Source: Antedon mediterranea (taxonomy: Eukaryota > Animalia > Echinodermata). Taken from it: 64,000 bases of DNA. Below the pieces are notes generated by a model, which saw nothing but the letters and a program-made list of their open reading frames with translations, ran no database searches and was not told the DNA's origin. A program made the position numbers and the translations under genes. Below, piece after piece: positions 63,556 to 64,000 of this stretch; the stretch's first letter is position 1; each line of letters begins with the position of its first letter. The stretch is from positions 19,237,365-19,301,364 of the forward strand of contig NC_092678.1 in assembly GCF_964355755.1 (NCBI RefSeq), read 5' to 3'.

Positions 63556-64000
63556 GCATATAACCATATAACTACATAACGCTGTGGTGTGTGTCACACA
63601 TTGTGGCTTCTTAATTAAACAAATTAATTAACAAAAAATTAAAAATCCGGCTCTATAGCTTTGAGGACATGTCCCTGTAGTATTTTCATGCCAAATCCCA
63701 GCTCAATACTATAACGAATAAGGGAGGAGTAGTACTTTAAAAATCGCACTTTTTACTCAATAGTGTCCATATGGAGGAAGAGGAGAAAATGAGTAAGTCC
63801 TAGACTCGGGTACCCCGAGTAAAAACACGAATGTGCGATACTCGGGGTGCAGCAAAAGAAGCTGTAATGACGTCATAAGGCGGGATGTGACGTCACATAC
63901 ACATCAATAACCTACCAAATACGGCTATATGGTACCATCTTCGAGACGTCATATGGCTGCATCCGGATTGAAATCTAAAAATCCGGCTCTATAGATTTGA

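Larger units (their letters stand above)
63119..63825 (+). mobile_element. Helentron-like element of a second family (a further unit starts at about 63823)
   Basis: AACAAG start, subterminal ACTCGGGGTA, terminal palindrome ACTCGGGTACCCCGAGT then AAAAA. The head sequence CACGAATGTGC.ATACTCGGGGT repeats at 63826. Confidence 0.6.

Overview
AT-rich, intron-rich animal (invertebrate-type) genomic DNA; nothing prokaryotic or CRISPR-like. I assembled exons by hand from GT/AG boundaries and reading phase. The right 40 kb is a head-to-tail minus-strand array of DBH-like copper monooxygenase (MOXD1-like) paralogs. Copy D is 5'-partial, copy C has 13 exons with one apparent frameshift, and copy B is intact (13 exons, about 607 aa). 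There are also two decayed terminal exons and an orphan first exon (copy A). Directly downstream on the same strand are 13 open, phase-consistent exons of a KIF15-like kinesin that lacks its N-terminal motor half (no P-loop exon) and its C-terminus. This kinesin segment is bracketed by two same-orientation Helentron-like repeats, and a MOXD1 last-exon relic lies beyond it at 7.2 kb. The orphan MOXD1 exon 1 can splice in frame to the first kinesin exon, making a candidate chimeric gene; this is the most unusual signal in the window. The rest is dense with mobile DNA: an intact EN-RT LINE ORF, a Penelope element with a hammerhead ribozyme motif, RTE/RTE-X/L2 fragments, Helitrons and Helentrons (one carrying tRNA-Val relics), Tc2-, Kolobok- and Harbinger-like MITEs, and a 2.4-kb foldback element. 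Family names come from motif recognition, not database searches.
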